Source of the DNA: Gemmatimonadaceae bacterium
GTDB taxonomy: Bacteria; Gemmatimonadota; Gemmatimonadetes; Gemmatimonadales; Gemmatimonadaceae
Assembly (NCBI GenBank): GCA_017881685.1
Contig: JADGQR010000060.1
Location: 1,370 to 65,369 of the forward strand
DNA: 64,000 nt
Direction of reading: 5' to 3'
Shown here: in pieces, positions 39,060 to 48,969 of the stretch
How positions within the stretch are numbered: position 1 is the first letter of the stretch
How the letters are laid out: each line of letters opens with the position of its first letter
Position numbers and translations under genes: made by a program
The notes under the pieces: model-generated
The model's input: the letters and a program-made list of their open reading frames with translations, nothing else
Told to the model about the DNA's origin: nothing
The model's database searches: none

Positions 39060-39529
39060 TCGACGAGCTTTTCGAGACCGGCCTTGTCCTCTGTCGAGAA
39101 TGTTCCGACGCGTTCGGAATCAATATCGAGCACGGCAATCAGATCATCGTCGCGACCGAAAACTGGAACCACGATTTCCGACCGGGACCGCGCATCGCAA
39201 GTGATATGACCCGGGAAAGTCATGACGTCATCTACTATCTGCGTCTCTCTCATCTGCGCCGCTGTCCCACAAACACCACGCCCAAACTGAATCTCGAGAC
39301 AGCCTAGCGTGCCTTGATACGGTCCGACGCGAAGTAAGCTGCCAGGCTCGACCACTCGGTAGAATCCAGTCCACAAGTGACCAAAGGCCTGATGAACGAG
39401 CGAACTCATCGTGGCCATTGCCGCAATATCATCGTCGATTCCCTCGAGCACAGCCCGAGTTTGAACCTCTAGTTCTTCATATGCCTCGGCCAGAGGCATT
39501 CCCCGAAGATCGATTGTTACTTCCGCCAT
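39038..39529 (-). CDS. msrC: GAF-fold free methionine-(R)-sulfoxide reductase
   Basis: WTGFY, GPYQG..GC, GRGVCG, FPGHITCD, SEIVVP, VLDIDS. Confidence 0.88.
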   Translation of the reverse strand: MAEVTIDLRGMPLAEAYEELEVQTRAVLEGIDDDIAAMATMSSLVHQAFGHLWTGFYRVVEPGSLLRVGPYQGTLGCLEIQFGRGVCGTAAQMRETQIVDDVMTFPGHITCDARSRSEIVVPVFGRDDDLIAVLDIDSERVGTFSTEDKAGLEKLVEWFRRAA

Positions 39530-39536
39530 TTAGCCC

Positions 39537-41243
39537 TCAGCGAGCTGCAACCAGATCGCGATCTCTGATATTGTTGCGACCAGGCGGTTCCGATTCATCC
39601 TGAGCCTCGATAACCGGAGCGTCATCGTCCCAGAGAACCAGGCCGTGAATCCGCAGATCGAGCATACGCAGTCGTTCTACTGTGCTGCGAAGCTGCACGA
39701 TTCGTGTGTGCGCCACTCTTGCGCACAAAACTACGTCAGGACCCGGGATGATGCTCGCCTTTCCATGAAGGATATATGCTGTTGGGGCCGCGATGACGAT
39801 CAAATCGTAACGGCGTTCCATTCTTGCGAAGTCGCCCCGGATTCTCTCGACCACTTCCGGCGATGGCGTCGGGTTCCTGGTGGTCCCGCTCGGCAGAACA
39901 TCAAGCATGCGGTCTCGGCCGATGACGGCCTGTGTGATCGCCTCCGGCCAGTCCGCACGCTCGGAAATGATGTCCGACAGGCCCGGATGAGGCCTGATTC
40001 GGAACACGTTTGCGATCGTCGAGGTCACCGAGTCAACATCTACGAGCAGAGTGCTTCGAGCCTCATAAGCGGCTGCAGCGGCGATATTTGACGCCACTGT
40101 CGCGACAATAGCCGCATCGTCGCCCACCACTGTCACAATCGGAACATTGGCCTCAGTAGCCGCCAAGTGCAGATAAAGCCGGCGATAGCTCTCCGACACC
40201 ACATCAATTAAGGGCAGTCCTGACACATCTGCCTGTCGCCGGCTTCTTTCAGCCATCACCGCCTTTGGTTCAATCACACTCAAAACACGGACACCGGTCA
40301 CTTGTTCGGCTTCTCTTGGATCCGCAATGGTCGGCCGCCTGAGCTCGTAAATGAACGAAGCAGCGAATCCCAGCGACAAGGCAAGCACTAGTGCGGCAGC
40401 CAGCATTGCCAGCGGCGGAGCACCGACATTCGCCAGATCTCTTGCCCGTGATGATTCACGATCGATTCGGGCGTCAGTCGCCCGAATCTGCGCGAGTGAC
40501 TGGATTGCTCCGGTGTAGACACGTTGACTCGCCAGCCGATCGGCGAGGTATCTGGTGGTATCGACGTTTGCCTGTATGGATACCGCAGCCGGAGGTGGAC
40601 GAAGAAGGGCAAGCTGTGAACGAACTGAGGTTCGCTTCGCTTCGGCAATTGCCTGAATCGAGCGGCCGATCGCAGTAGCTCTCGATGTGAGAGCAACATA
40701 CACAGGATCAACTCCGCCGACGGGACCGAACGCGTCTCGTTCTTTTTCGATATCCGAAAGTGAGTCGAGCAAGGGTTGGACACCAGGCTCGGATAAGACT
40801 TCCGGGGCTGTTGCAAGTGCACGGTACGACGAAGGAAGCGGCGCATTTTCTGCGCGATCGATCAGCCTGTTGAGCGTGGCAAGCTGCACTGACAATGCCT
40901 GACGCTGAGCGACAGCCTGAGGGGAAAACGTATCTGCTGCGGCGGCGGCTGGCGGCGCAATTGTGCGCCGCGCTGTTGCGAGTCCAGAGTCTGCGGCCGA
41001 GATGCCCGCGGCAGCTCGATCTCGAAGCGCAACTATGCGCGTTGAATCGGGCCGTTCTTCCAAACGGGCGGTGACATTCACTGCAGCGCGCGTTGCTTGA
41101 CGCGGCACCAGAACGAACGCCATGAGGGCCGCGATGAATACCAGGCCACCCACAATGCCCATCACCGCGAATCGTCGCGATGCATTGCGGGAGCGGGCCG
41201 CCATCCACCAATAGCTGGTGGCGCCAAATGGTCTCTTCGTCAC
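39537..41243 (-). CDS. Wzc/GumC-like polysaccharide co-polymerase with degenerate BY-kinase domain
   Basis: TM-coiled region-TM; SESYRRLY, LLVDVD, GLSDII, LDVLPSG, YDLIVIAAP. Confidence 0.8.
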   Translation of the reverse strand: MTKRPFGATSYWWMAARSRNASRRFAVMGIVGGLVFIAALMAFVLVPRQATRAAVNVTARLEERPDSTRIVALRDRAAAGISAADSGLATARRTIAPPAAAAADTFSPQAVAQRQALSVQLATLNRLIDRAENAPLPSSYRALATAPEVLSEPGVQPLLDSLSDIEKERDAFGPVGGVDPVYVALTSRATAIGRSIQAIAEAKRTSVRSQLALLRPPPAAVSIQANVDTTRYLADRLASQRVYTGAIQSLAQIRATDARIDRESSRARDLANVGAPPLAMLAAALVLALSLGFAASFIYELRRPTIADPREAEQVTGVRVLSVIEPKAVMAERSRRQADVSGLPLIDVVSESYRRLYLHLAATEANVPIVTVVGDDAAIVATVASNIAAAAAYEARSTLLVDVDSVTSTIANVFRIRPHPGLSDIISERADWPEAITQAVIGRDRMLDVLPSGTTRNPTPSPEVVERIRGDFARMERRYDLIVIAAPTAYILHGKASIIPGPDVVLCARVAHTRIVQLRSTVERLRMLDLRIHGLVLWDDDAPVIEAQDESEPPGRNNIRDRDLVAAR

Positions 41244-41431
41244 GACGCCTTCACGCTAACGATGAGGGTGCACATCAGATATGAATGGTATACCAGTTCT
41301 CTCCACAGGAGGCACACTCGTTACATGGCCTTTCTCATCTATATGCAAAGTAAGAGCCTCGGCCCTGACAAGCTTTCGTCGGCTGCTCGATGCCGGAGAT
41401 GCGAAACTCGATTCCGGATAGACTGGGAACA

Positions 41432-41463
41432 AAAACGGGAGCATCTGTCGATGCTCCCGTTTT
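41432..41463 (-). terminator. Terminator after blue-copper gene
   Basis: AAAACGGGAGCATC-TGTC-GATGCTCCCGTTTT. Confidence 0.85.
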
Positions 41464-41479
41464 CTTTCGCGGTCAGAAC

Positions 41480-42004
41480 TTACTGAACCGTGATCACTCC
41501 CTTCATGCCGAGCGCGAGGTGCGGCGTGCAGTGGAAGGGGTACGTGCCGGGCTTGATGTTGGCGAAGGAAACCGTGACGGATTCTCCGGCGTTCGTTTTC
41601 AGAGCGCTCGAGAGCTGTCCCATCTTCTCCGACATGTTGGCATCGAGCTGAGCCTGGACACCGGCAGGAAGCGTTGCCGGGTCAAACGCAACGTTGTGCG
41701 GGCCACCGCTGACAACCGTGAACTTGATGCCGTCGCCGGCCTTGATCGTGATGTTTGCTGGGTCGAAGCGATATCCCTGTGCATCGCCGATCATCTTCAC
41801 TTCAACCGTCTTGCCAGTGATCGGAGCCATCACTGCAGAACCTGCGGCCGGAGCCGGGGTGGCTGCTGCAGGTGCTGCCGCTGTTGCTGGAGCAGCAGAT
41901 GTGTCGACAGCGACTGCAGTCGTATCAGCTGCACCCTTGTCACCGCCGGCGCACGCGCCGAGTACAACCGCGCTCGCCGCGAGCGCAATTCCGTAAAAAC
42001 GCAT
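41480..42004 (-). CDS. Plastocyanin/halocyanin-type blue copper lipoprotein
   Basis: Lipobox LGAC, Ala/Pro linker, type-1 Cu ligands PHNV and HCTPHLALGM. Confidence 0.93.
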   Translation of the reverse strand: MRFYGIALAASAVVLGACAGGDKGAADTTAVAVDTSAAPATAAAPAAATPAPAAGSAVMAPITGKTVEVKMIGDAQGYRFDPANITIKAGDGIKFTVVSGGPHNVAFDPATLPAGVQAQLDANMSEKMGQLSSALKTNAGESVTVSFANIKPGTYPFHCTPHLALGMKGVITVQ

Positions 42005-42078
42005 TTTCCTAGAGGCCTCCATTGCCGTACTAGTTGCTACTTGGGTTTTGAGATCTTCGCGAGGGCCCTCGCGATAAA

Positions 42079-42096
42079 TTGTGAATTTATTCACAA
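42079..42096. promoter_or_regulatory. Rex-type operator (also fits CRP consensus)
   Basis: TTGTGAA-TTTA-TTCACAA, 75 nt upstream of blue-copper ATG. Confidence 0.75.
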
Positions 42097-42186
42097 AGCT
42101 TTCTGGAATCAATTGTGAATGCCCGAACTGCAACAGGAATCGTGCCGCTCCCGTTTGAATAACGCCTCGATTACATTAAAAGGATA

Positions 42187-42267
42187 ATGACGCGCCTATC
42201 CGTTCATCATCACCACGCGAACCATCTCCACGCCACAAGCGGACGGAGCAGATCGCGCACGCCTTGA
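42187..42267 (+). CDS. hisL: His operon leader peptide MTRLSVHHHHANHLHATSGRSRSRTP
   Basis: AAGGA SD; 6 His codons (4 tandem); directly upstream of attenuator and hisG; not in ORF track. Confidence 0.88.
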   Translation: MTRLSVHHHHANHLHATSGRSRSRTP

Positions 42268-42301
42268 TGAACGGTTAATCCGTTACTACGCCGCCGACTG
42301 T

Positions 42302-42329
42302 AGCCCGTCCTTTCTGGATGGGCTTTTTT
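42302..42329 (+). terminator. His attenuator terminator
   Basis: AGCCCGTCC-TTTCT-GGATGGGCT-TTTTT. Confidence 0.88.
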
Positions 42330-42351
42330 GTTTTCCACCACACCTACTCTC

Positions 42352-43221
42352 ATGCTTCGCATCGCACTACCCAACAAAGGCCGACTTTCTGAAGACGCTC
42401 GCGGTCTGTTCAATCAGGCCGGCCTCGAAGTCCGGACGGCCGGCCTTCGAGCCCTGACCGCCTCTCTCGGAGGCGAGTTCGAGGCGATCTTCGTTCGCGC
42501 TCAGGATATTCCGGAATTTGTTGCCGATGACGCGGCTGACGCTGGAATTACCGGATTGGATCTCGTCACCGAATCCGGCAGGAACCTCGAAGAGAAACTC
42601 GATCTCGGTTTTGGCCGTTGCCGGCTCGTACTCGCAGCACGCGAAGACAGTGCGGTCCACAGCGTGGAAGACATTCAGGAAGGCTCACGAGTAGCGACAG
42701 CATTTCCAGCCATTGCCCGGAAATTCTTTGAGTCGAACAAGAAGAGCGTAACGCTCGTACCCGTGTCCGGAGCGGCCGAGATTGCTCCTCATCTGGGAAT
42801 CGCCGATATGATCGTCGATATCGTCTCCACGGGGTCGACGCTCCGGACCAACGGCCTCCGTGAAGTCACGACCCTGATGGAATCGACGGCCCGTTTGTTC
42901 TCGTCTCCCACAATCACGACGTCGGGCAACTCGGCGAAGCAGACCGCGCTTGACGAGCTTGTCATGGCGCTCGACTCTGTTATCCACGCCCGCGGTAAGC
43001 GCTATCTAATGGCTAACGTCCCGCGGGCGCGACTCGACCGTGTTAAGGACATCCTTCCGGGGCTGAACGGTCCCACCGTCATCGACATACTCAACGGCGG
43101 TCTTTACGTAGCAGTCCACGCCGTAGTACCGGCGGACTCGATCTACCGCACCATCGCATCCCTAAAGACGCTTGGCGCCGAGGGGATTCTCGTAACGAAG
43201 ATCGAAAGGCTGATGCCATGA
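42352..43221 (+). CDS. hisG: ATP phosphoribosyltransferase (long form)
   Basis: LRIALPNKGRL, RAQDIP, DLGFGRCRL, DIVSTGSTL. Confidence 0.97.
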   Translation: MLRIALPNKGRLSEDARGLFNQAGLEVRTAGLRALTASLGGEFEAIFVRAQDIPEFVADDAADAGITGLDLVTESGRNLEEKLDLGFGRCRLVLAAREDSAVHSVEDIQEGSRVATAFPAIARKFFESNKKSVTLVPVSGAAEIAPHLGIADMIVDIVSTGSTLRTNGLREVTTLMESTARLFSSPTITTSGNSAKQTALDELVMALDSVIHARGKRYLMANVPRARLDRVKDILPGLNGPTVIDILNGGLYVAVHAVVPADSIYRTIASLKTLGAEGILVTKIERLMP

Positions 43222-44528
43222 CCAGCGACCGAGTCTTCAGGTTTGTCGGGCCATTTGCCGAACTGTCGACCGACGACAAGGCGCTCATCGTCGATAGAAC
43301 GTCGAATTCCGGCTCGTCGGTTGGCGCAGTCGTATCGGCGATCATCGCCAGGGTCAGGAAGGACGGAGACCAGGCATTGCGAGAGCTGGCTAGCGAGCTG
43401 GACCAGGTAGCACTCACCGACATCGAGGTTCCTCACATTCGGATGGTCGAGGCACTTGAGAGCCTTCCAGCAGATCTGCGGAGGGCAATGGAGCGATCAG
43501 CCCGGAATATCAGAGCCTTTCACGAATCCCAGCGTCCAAGTGCCGGTTCGATAATTATCGAACCGGGTGTGAGACTTGGGCGTCGGCCTGACCCGTTCGA
43601 ACGCGTTGGTGTTTATGCTCCCGGAGGCCGGGCCGCCTATCCGAGCAGCGTACTGATGGGGACCATACCGGCTAAGGTCGCAGGCGTCGCGGAAATCATC
43701 CTATGCTCCCCTCCAACGTCCAGTGGAATTCCCGCTGATTCAATTCTGGCAGCCGCACAGATCGCAGGTGTTGATCGGGTTTTCGCAGTTGGCGGCGCAG
43801 GAGCGATCGCCGCCATGTGTATGGGAACCGAAACGATTCCCCGAACGAACAAGGTTGTCGGACCTGGAAATGCTTACGTAGCTGAGGCGAAGCTTCAGCT
43901 AGCAACCGCCGCCGCATTCGACTCGCCGGCAGGACCAAGCGAGTTACTTCTGATCGCGGACGAAACCGCGAATGTCGACTCAGTCGTGCGCGAGGTTCTG
44001 GCGCAGGCGGAGCACGATCCAGAGGCAATCGTAATCGTTGTTGCAATTGGTGACACCACAGCACGTGAGATTGAGTCTGCGATTTCTTCAAAGGTACCCT
44101 CAGCTCGCCGCAGCGAGATCATCGCTGCATCACTTTCAAGCCGAGGTGGTGTGGTTAGCGCAGCTTCACGCGACGAGGCAATATCGATCTCCAATGCCTT
44201 TGCTCCGGAGCATCTTCTGGTTGCGACCTCAAATCCTGAAGAGATTTTCGACAGGATTCGAAACGCGGGCACGGTGTTCCTTGGAGAAAGCAGCTCGGTT
44301 TCTTTCGGCGATTACATGACAGGCGCAAATCACGTTCTTCCAACCGGCGGTCTTGCGCGCTCGTATTCGGGACTATCGACACTCGACTTTATGCGCTGGA
44401 CAACATTCCAAAGCGTCACCACCGATGCAGCTGCTGCTATGGCGAATGACGTATCAGCTTTCGCGAACGCCGAGGGACTTTATGCACACGGAGCTGCTGC
44501 GGCCGCGTGGGCAAAGGGCTCGCAATGA
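43218..44528 (+). CDS. hisD: Histidinol dehydrogenase
   Basis: GVYAPGG, GPGNAYV, AGPSE, QAEHD, APEHL, GANHVLPT. Confidence 0.97.
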   Translation: MTSDRVFRFVGPFAELSTDDKALIVDRTSNSGSSVGAVVSAIIARVRKDGDQALRELASELDQVALTDIEVPHIRMVEALESLPADLRRAMERSARNIRAFHESQRPSAGSIIIEPGVRLGRRPDPFERVGVYAPGGRAAYPSSVLMGTIPAKVAGVAEIILCSPPTSSGIPADSILAAAQIAGVDRVFAVGGAGAIAAMCMGTETIPRTNKVVGPGNAYVAEAKLQLATAAAFDSPAGPSELLLIADETANVDSVVREVLAQAEHDPEAIVIVVAIGDTTAREIESAISSKVPSARRSEIIAASLSSRGGVVSAASRDEAISISNAFAPEHLLVATSNPEEIFDRIRNAGTVFLGESSSVSFGDYMTGANHVLPTGGLARSYSGLSTLDFMRWTTFQSVTTDAAAAMANDVSAFANAEGLYAHGAAAAAWAKGSQ

Positions 44529-45580
44529 GACGAGAGTCCATAATTGGGCAACCGACACCGCGCTCGGGGTTCGAGGCGCTTTCGGTTTATGACGGTGTCG
44601 TCGGTCCGTGCGCAATCGACCTCAGCGATAACACGAATCTCTGGGGCATGCCTCCATCGGCAGCGCTGGCGCTCGAGAACTTCCAGTTTGCAGAGGTCAC
44701 CAGATATCCATCGGCCTATGCAGCCGAGCTGAAGGCATCATTGGCGCGACATGTTGGTGTCGAGACGTCGATGATAGTAACAGGCTGCGGATCGGACGAT
44801 GTTCTCGACGCTGCAATACGCGCTTTCGGAAATCCTGGCGGAAGTCTAGCATGCTGCGATCCGACATTCAGCATGATTCCAGTTCTTGCCCGCATCAACG
44901 GACTGAGTGTCTCAACCTCTTCCTTTGATGCTGAGGGCGACATCTCAGTCGATTCACTTCTGTCCGGCCGGCCTGATGTGATTTACATCTGCTCTCCGAA
45001 CAATCCAACTGGAATGAATGCAAGCGTTGAGAGGATCGAAGCGATTGCAATAGCATTCAGCGGACTTGTGATTGTCGACCAGGCTTACGCCGAATATTCA
45101 AGCACATCGCTGCTACCTCTGGTTTCACGCTATGCCAACGTCCTGATCACACGAACGATGTCGAAGGCGTTCGGAATGGCGGGATTGCGGATCGGATATG
45201 CAATTGGCAACCCCGTGCTTGTCGGGGAGGTAGAGAAATCACGTGGACCATATAAGGTGGGAGCACTTTCGTCTGCCGCTGCAATTGCGGCACTCGAGAA
45301 CGATCTGCCATGGATCGAACAAATCGTGTCTGAAACGCTGAGCATTCGATCGCGGTTTGTATCTCGACTCAGCTCTCTTGGTTACAACCCGCTGACCAGC
45401 GATGCCAACTTCGTGCTGGTTCCGGTAGCGAATCCAGCCGAAGCTGCGAAGAGAATGCTCGAAGCAGGGATTGGCGTTCGGACCTTTGCAAATCTTGCCG
45501 GAATTGGTGGAGCTCTCCGAATCACGATCGGACCCTGGGAAATGATGGAAAAATGTCTGGCTTCACTCGAGGCCCCCTGA
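44525..45580 (+). CDS. hisC: Histidinol-phosphate aminotransferase
   Basis: GCGSDD, CSPNNPTG, DQAY, RTMSKAFGMAGLRIG; ATGA coupling. Confidence 0.95.
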   Translation: MRRESIIGQPTPRSGFEALSVYDGVVGPCAIDLSDNTNLWGMPPSAALALENFQFAEVTRYPSAYAAELKASLARHVGVETSMIVTGCGSDDVLDAAIRAFGNPGGSLACCDPTFSMIPVLARINGLSVSTSSFDAEGDISVDSLLSGRPDVIYICSPNNPTGMNASVERIEAIAIAFSGLVIVDQAYAEYSSTSLLPLVSRYANVLITRTMSKAFGMAGLRIGYAIGNPVLVGEVEKSRGPYKVGALSSAAAIAALENDLPWIEQIVSETLSIRSRFVSRLSSLGYNPLTSDANFVLVPVANPAEAAKRMLEAGIGVRTFANLAGIGGALRITIGPWEMMEKCLASLEAP

Positions 45581-45583
45581 CAG

Positions 45584-46180
45584 ATGAAAGTCGCAATTCT
45601 GGACTACGGAGCCGGCAACCTTCACTCTCTGGCAAAGGCCCTGAGCAGAGCAGGCACGAACGTCGCGATAGAAACCGATGCAGAACGGGCGTTGGCGAGC
45701 GATGCGCTCATTCTTCCTGGAGTCGGCGCGTTTTCACTTGCTGCCCAATCGCTTGCGCCTTACATCGTTCCGATTCGAGAAGCGCTCTCCACCGGCTTCC
45801 CCTGTCTTGGCATCTGCCTCGGCATGCAGCTCCTCTTTGATATCAGTGAAGAGGGCGAAGGCGAGGGAATTGGAATCTTTTCAGGTCGAGTTCGTCGGCT
45901 GGAAGGGCGACGCGTGCCGCAGATCGGCTGGAACGATCTCGAGGAAACACAGGGCGAATTATTCGAAGCCTCTGATTTGCGCACGGCGTATTTCGCCAAC
46001 AGCTTCGTATGCGAGCCTTCCGACCTGACTTCCATTCGTGCATGGGCTACACACGAAGGAGATCGATTCGTCGCGTCTGTCGAGACACAGAACGTCGTCG
46101 GAGTGCAGTTCCATCCTGAGAAGAGCTCGACTCTTGGAATTGCTTTTATCGACGCTTTTCTCCGGCGGTTGAAACGGTGA
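45584..46180 (+). CDS. hisH: Imidazole glycerol phosphate synthase glutaminase subunit
   Basis: DYGAGNL, LPGVG, GICLGMQ, QFHPEKS. Confidence 0.97.
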   Translation: MKVAILDYGAGNLHSLAKALSRAGTNVAIETDAERALASDALILPGVGAFSLAAQSLAPYIVPIREALSTGFPCLGICLGMQLLFDISEEGEGEGIGIFSGRVRRLEGRRVPQIGWNDLEETQGELFEASDLRTAYFANSFVCEPSDLTSIRAWATHEGDRFVASVETQNVVGVQFHPEKSSTLGIAFIDAFLRRLKR

Positions 46181-46890
46181 TTGTCATACCTGCTGTCGAT
46201 CTCCGCGATGGATGCTGCGTTCAGCTCGTCGGCGGCTCGTTCGAAAAGGAAATGGTCCGACTCGACGATCCGGTGTCGATCGCACGGAAGTGGGAATCCG
46301 AAGGCTTTCGTAGCATCCACGTAGTGGATCTGGATGCAGCGATGCGAACTGGCTCGAATGCGGACGTCGTCTCATCGATTCTGAGGTCAGTCAGCTGCGA
46401 AGTTCAGGTTGGCGGAGGCATTCGCGACGAGGGTCAGATTGAGGATCTCCTTCGCGAAGGAGCAGCACGTGTAGTTGTCGGCACGCGCGCAATCGAGGAA
46501 CGCGGATGGCTGGAGGATATTGCAACTCGCTTTCCCGGAACCATTGTCATCGCCGCTGACACAAAGGAGCGCAGTGTCGTCACCAGGGGATGGACGCGCA
46601 CTTCTTCGCGCAACGTCGTCGATCTGGTCGAAGAGCTAAACGATTTGCCGCTCGCCGGTGTCCTGGTAACCGCTGTACATAAGGAAGGGCAGCTCCAGGG
46701 ACCGGATATTTCATTGATGGAAGACGTTGTGAGAGCGTCTGAACATCCGATCTACAGCTCGGGCGGAATCCGTGGTATGAATGACCTTCATTCGCTTGCC
46801 GATGAAGGCGTTGCGGCCGCAATAGTTGGGATGGCGATCTATACTGGTACTCTCGACTCGCGAGCCGCTGCAGAGGAATTCTATATATGA
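46177..46890 (+). CDS. hisA: ProFAR isomerase
   Basis: IPAVDL, HVVDLD, QVGGGIR. Confidence 0.95.
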   Translation: MIVIPAVDLRDGCCVQLVGGSFEKEMVRLDDPVSIARKWESEGFRSIHVVDLDAAMRTGSNADVVSSILRSVSCEVQVGGGIRDEGQIEDLLREGAARVVVGTRAIEERGWLEDIATRFPGTIVIAADTKERSVVTRGWTRTSSRNVVDLVEELNDLPLAGVLVTAVHKEGQLQGPDISLMEDVVRASEHPIYSSGGIRGMNDLHSLADEGVAAAIVGMAIYTGTLDSRAAAEEFYI

Positions 46891-47423
46891 CGAAGATCGA
46901 ACGACGTACTTCGGAAACGACTGTGAGGGTTGTCCTTGGTGTGGGAACGGGAATCGCAAAGATTTCGACCGGCGTTCTGTTCCTCGACCACATGATGAGC
47001 GCACTCGCGCGCTACTCCGGCATGGACATGGAGATATCTGCAACCGGAGATCTGAAGCACCACACTATCGAAGACGTCGCGATTGCGCTCGGTGAATCGT
47101 TTGCGAGAGTTCTGCCGACAAAGTGCGCGCGCTATGGAGCAAGCACTGTCCCAATGGACGAGGCTCTGGTGGAGGTCACGATCGACGCTGGTGGCCGTCC
47201 GTACTATCGCGGGCCTTTGCCAAGCTCGTTGTATGAACACTGGATGCGATCATTCGCTGACAATGCGAAGATGACACTTCACATCCGGGTGCTGCGTGGT
47301 ACCGACCGACATCACATCGTCGAAGCGGCATTCAAGGCTCTTGGCTTCGCGATCCGGCAGGCACTCGTCGAGACGGACGCAGTTTTCAGCACAAAGGGCA
47401 GTGTTACACTGGATGCTGTCTGA
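46887..47423 (+). CDS. hisB: Imidazoleglycerol-phosphate dehydratase
   Basis: FLDHM, HHTIED, PMDEAL, HHIVEAAFK. Confidence 0.96.
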   Translation: MTKIERRTSETTVRVVLGVGTGIAKISTGVLFLDHMMSALARYSGMDMEISATGDLKHHTIEDVAIALGESFARVLPTKCARYGASTVPMDEALVEVTIDAGGRPYYRGPLPSSLYEHWMRSFADNAKMTLHIRVLRGTDRHHIVEAAFKALGFAIRQALVETDAVFSTKGSVTLDAV

Positions 47424-48184
47424 TGCTTTCTCGTCGCATAGTTGTCTGTCTCGACGTCGCAGGTGGACGAGTTGTAAAGGGCGTGGAGTTTGAATCCCTC
47501 CGCGATATTGGTGATCCGGTCGAGCTCGCGATGCGTTACGAAGCCGAGGGTGCCGACGAGATTGTATTTCTAGACATCTCGGCAAGCCATGAGAAACGGG
47601 CAACGCTTCTCGACGTTGCTCGGCGCACTGCTGAGGGTCTGTTCATTCCGTTGACTATCGGCGGCGGTATTCGAACCGTAGCCGATGTCGGCAATTCTCT
47701 TCGCGCTGGAGCCGACAAGGTCAGCATCAATTCGGCAGCCGTGACGAATCCCGATGTGCTCACTGAATCTGCAGAGCGATATGGCGCTCAGTGTGTCGTT
47801 GCCAGTATTGATGCGCGAAGAGAAGGGGAAGGCTGGCGCGTTTACACTCAGGGCGGACGAAACAAGACCAACCTCGAGCCGATCAGCTGGGCTGTCGAGT
47901 GCGTCAATCGTGGTGCGGGGGAAATTCTACTGACGAGCATCGATAGAGATGGTACTCGTGACGGTTACGATGTCGAGCTGACACGCCTCGTTGCTGACGC
48001 TGTACCCGTGCCTGTTGTCGCGTCTGGAGGCGCTGGCAGTCCGTCAGATATAGTTGAGGTTCTCAGCGCGGGACATGCTGATGCGGCGTTGGTGGCAGGC
48101 ATTCTCCATGACGGCCAGGTCACCGTGCAGGAGATCAAGCGACAGCTTGAAGATGCCGGCCTGCGTGCGAGGAACGTCGCATGA
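47423..48184 (+). CDS. hisF: Imidazole glycerol phosphate synthase cyclase subunit
   Basis: [25 protein letters not shown]. Confidence 0.97.
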   Translation: MLSRRIVVCLDVAGGRVVKGVEFESLRDIGDPVELAMRYEAEGADEIVFLDISASHEKRATLLDVARRTAEGLFIPLTIGGGIRTVADVGNSLRAGADKVSINSAAVTNPDVLTESAERYGAQCVVASIDARREGEGWRVYTQGGRNKTNLEPISWAVECVNRGAGEILLTSIDRDGTRDGYDVELTRLVADAVPVPVVASGGAGSPSDIVEVLSAGHADAALVAGILHDGQVTVQEIKRQLEDAGLRARNVA

Positions 48185-48969
48185 GCACTTCGACGTATCT
48201 GCAGGCTGTCAGTGATCTTGCCCGTCTCACTGGCGGCATTGCTCATCAGTATTACCGGCGGCAAGTCACGATCGAGACTAAGGCTGATGGAACGCCTGTC
48301 ACGATAGCGGATCGCACAGCGGAGCAGGCGGCCCGACAGTGGATAGAAGAAAGGTTTCCTGATGATGGTCTCGTTGGCGAAGAATTTCCTCTCGTGCGCG
48401 AAGGCGCGAAACGAACCTGGATCATCGACCCAATTGATGGAACGAAATCCTTCGTGCGAGAAGTACCGCTATGGGGATCGCTCGTTGCAGTTGTCGAGAA
48501 TGATCAGGTCATTGCCGGAGCGGCATTCTTTCCTGCGGTATCAGAGATGATCGCAGCTGCAACGGATTGTGGATGCTGGTGGAATGATTCCCGCACTTAC
48601 GTGTCGAAAGAAGCAGATATCACGAATGCCGTAATACTGACATCGGCGTCACCATTCTCCAGCGATGATGTCGTCAACAGCCGATGGGAGAAGTTGCAGA
48701 AGACGGCGAAAGCGAGTCGCACGTGGGGCGATTGTTTTGGTTATCTGATGGTCGCAACCGGACGCGCCGAGGTAATGGCCGATCCGATTCTCTCGTCCTG
48801 GGATATCGCTGCTTTTCTCCCGATCATCAGTGAAGCTGGTGGTGTGCTGACGGACTTCGCCGGTACGTACACAGCGTTGGGTGGGAGCGCCATTGCCACC
48901 AACGCAGCGCTAGGCGAATCAGTTCGAGAAATACTCATTCCCAGCCGCATCTCCCTGGACGACCGATGA
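48181..48969 (+). CDS. hisN: Histidinol-phosphate phosphatase (inositol monophosphatase family)
   Basis: [29 protein letters not shown]; position in his operon. Confidence 0.9.
   Translation: MSTSTYLQAVSDLARLTGGIAHQYYRRQVTIETKADGTPVTIADRTAEQAARQWIEERFPDDGLVGEEFPLVREGAKRTWIIDPIDGTKSFVREVPLWGSLVAVVENDQVIAGAAFFPAVSEMIAAATDCGCWWNDSRTYVSKEADITNAVILTSASPFSSDDVVNSRWEKLQKTAKASRTWGDCFGYLMVATGRAEVMADPILSSWDIAAFLPIISEAGGVLTDFAGTYTALGGSAIATNAALGESVREILIPSRISLDDR

Noticed and set aside
42128-42147. Sigma54-like CGGCACGATTCCTGT upstream of blue-copper gene
   Set aside because: -12 element reads GT rather than GC; too weak to call
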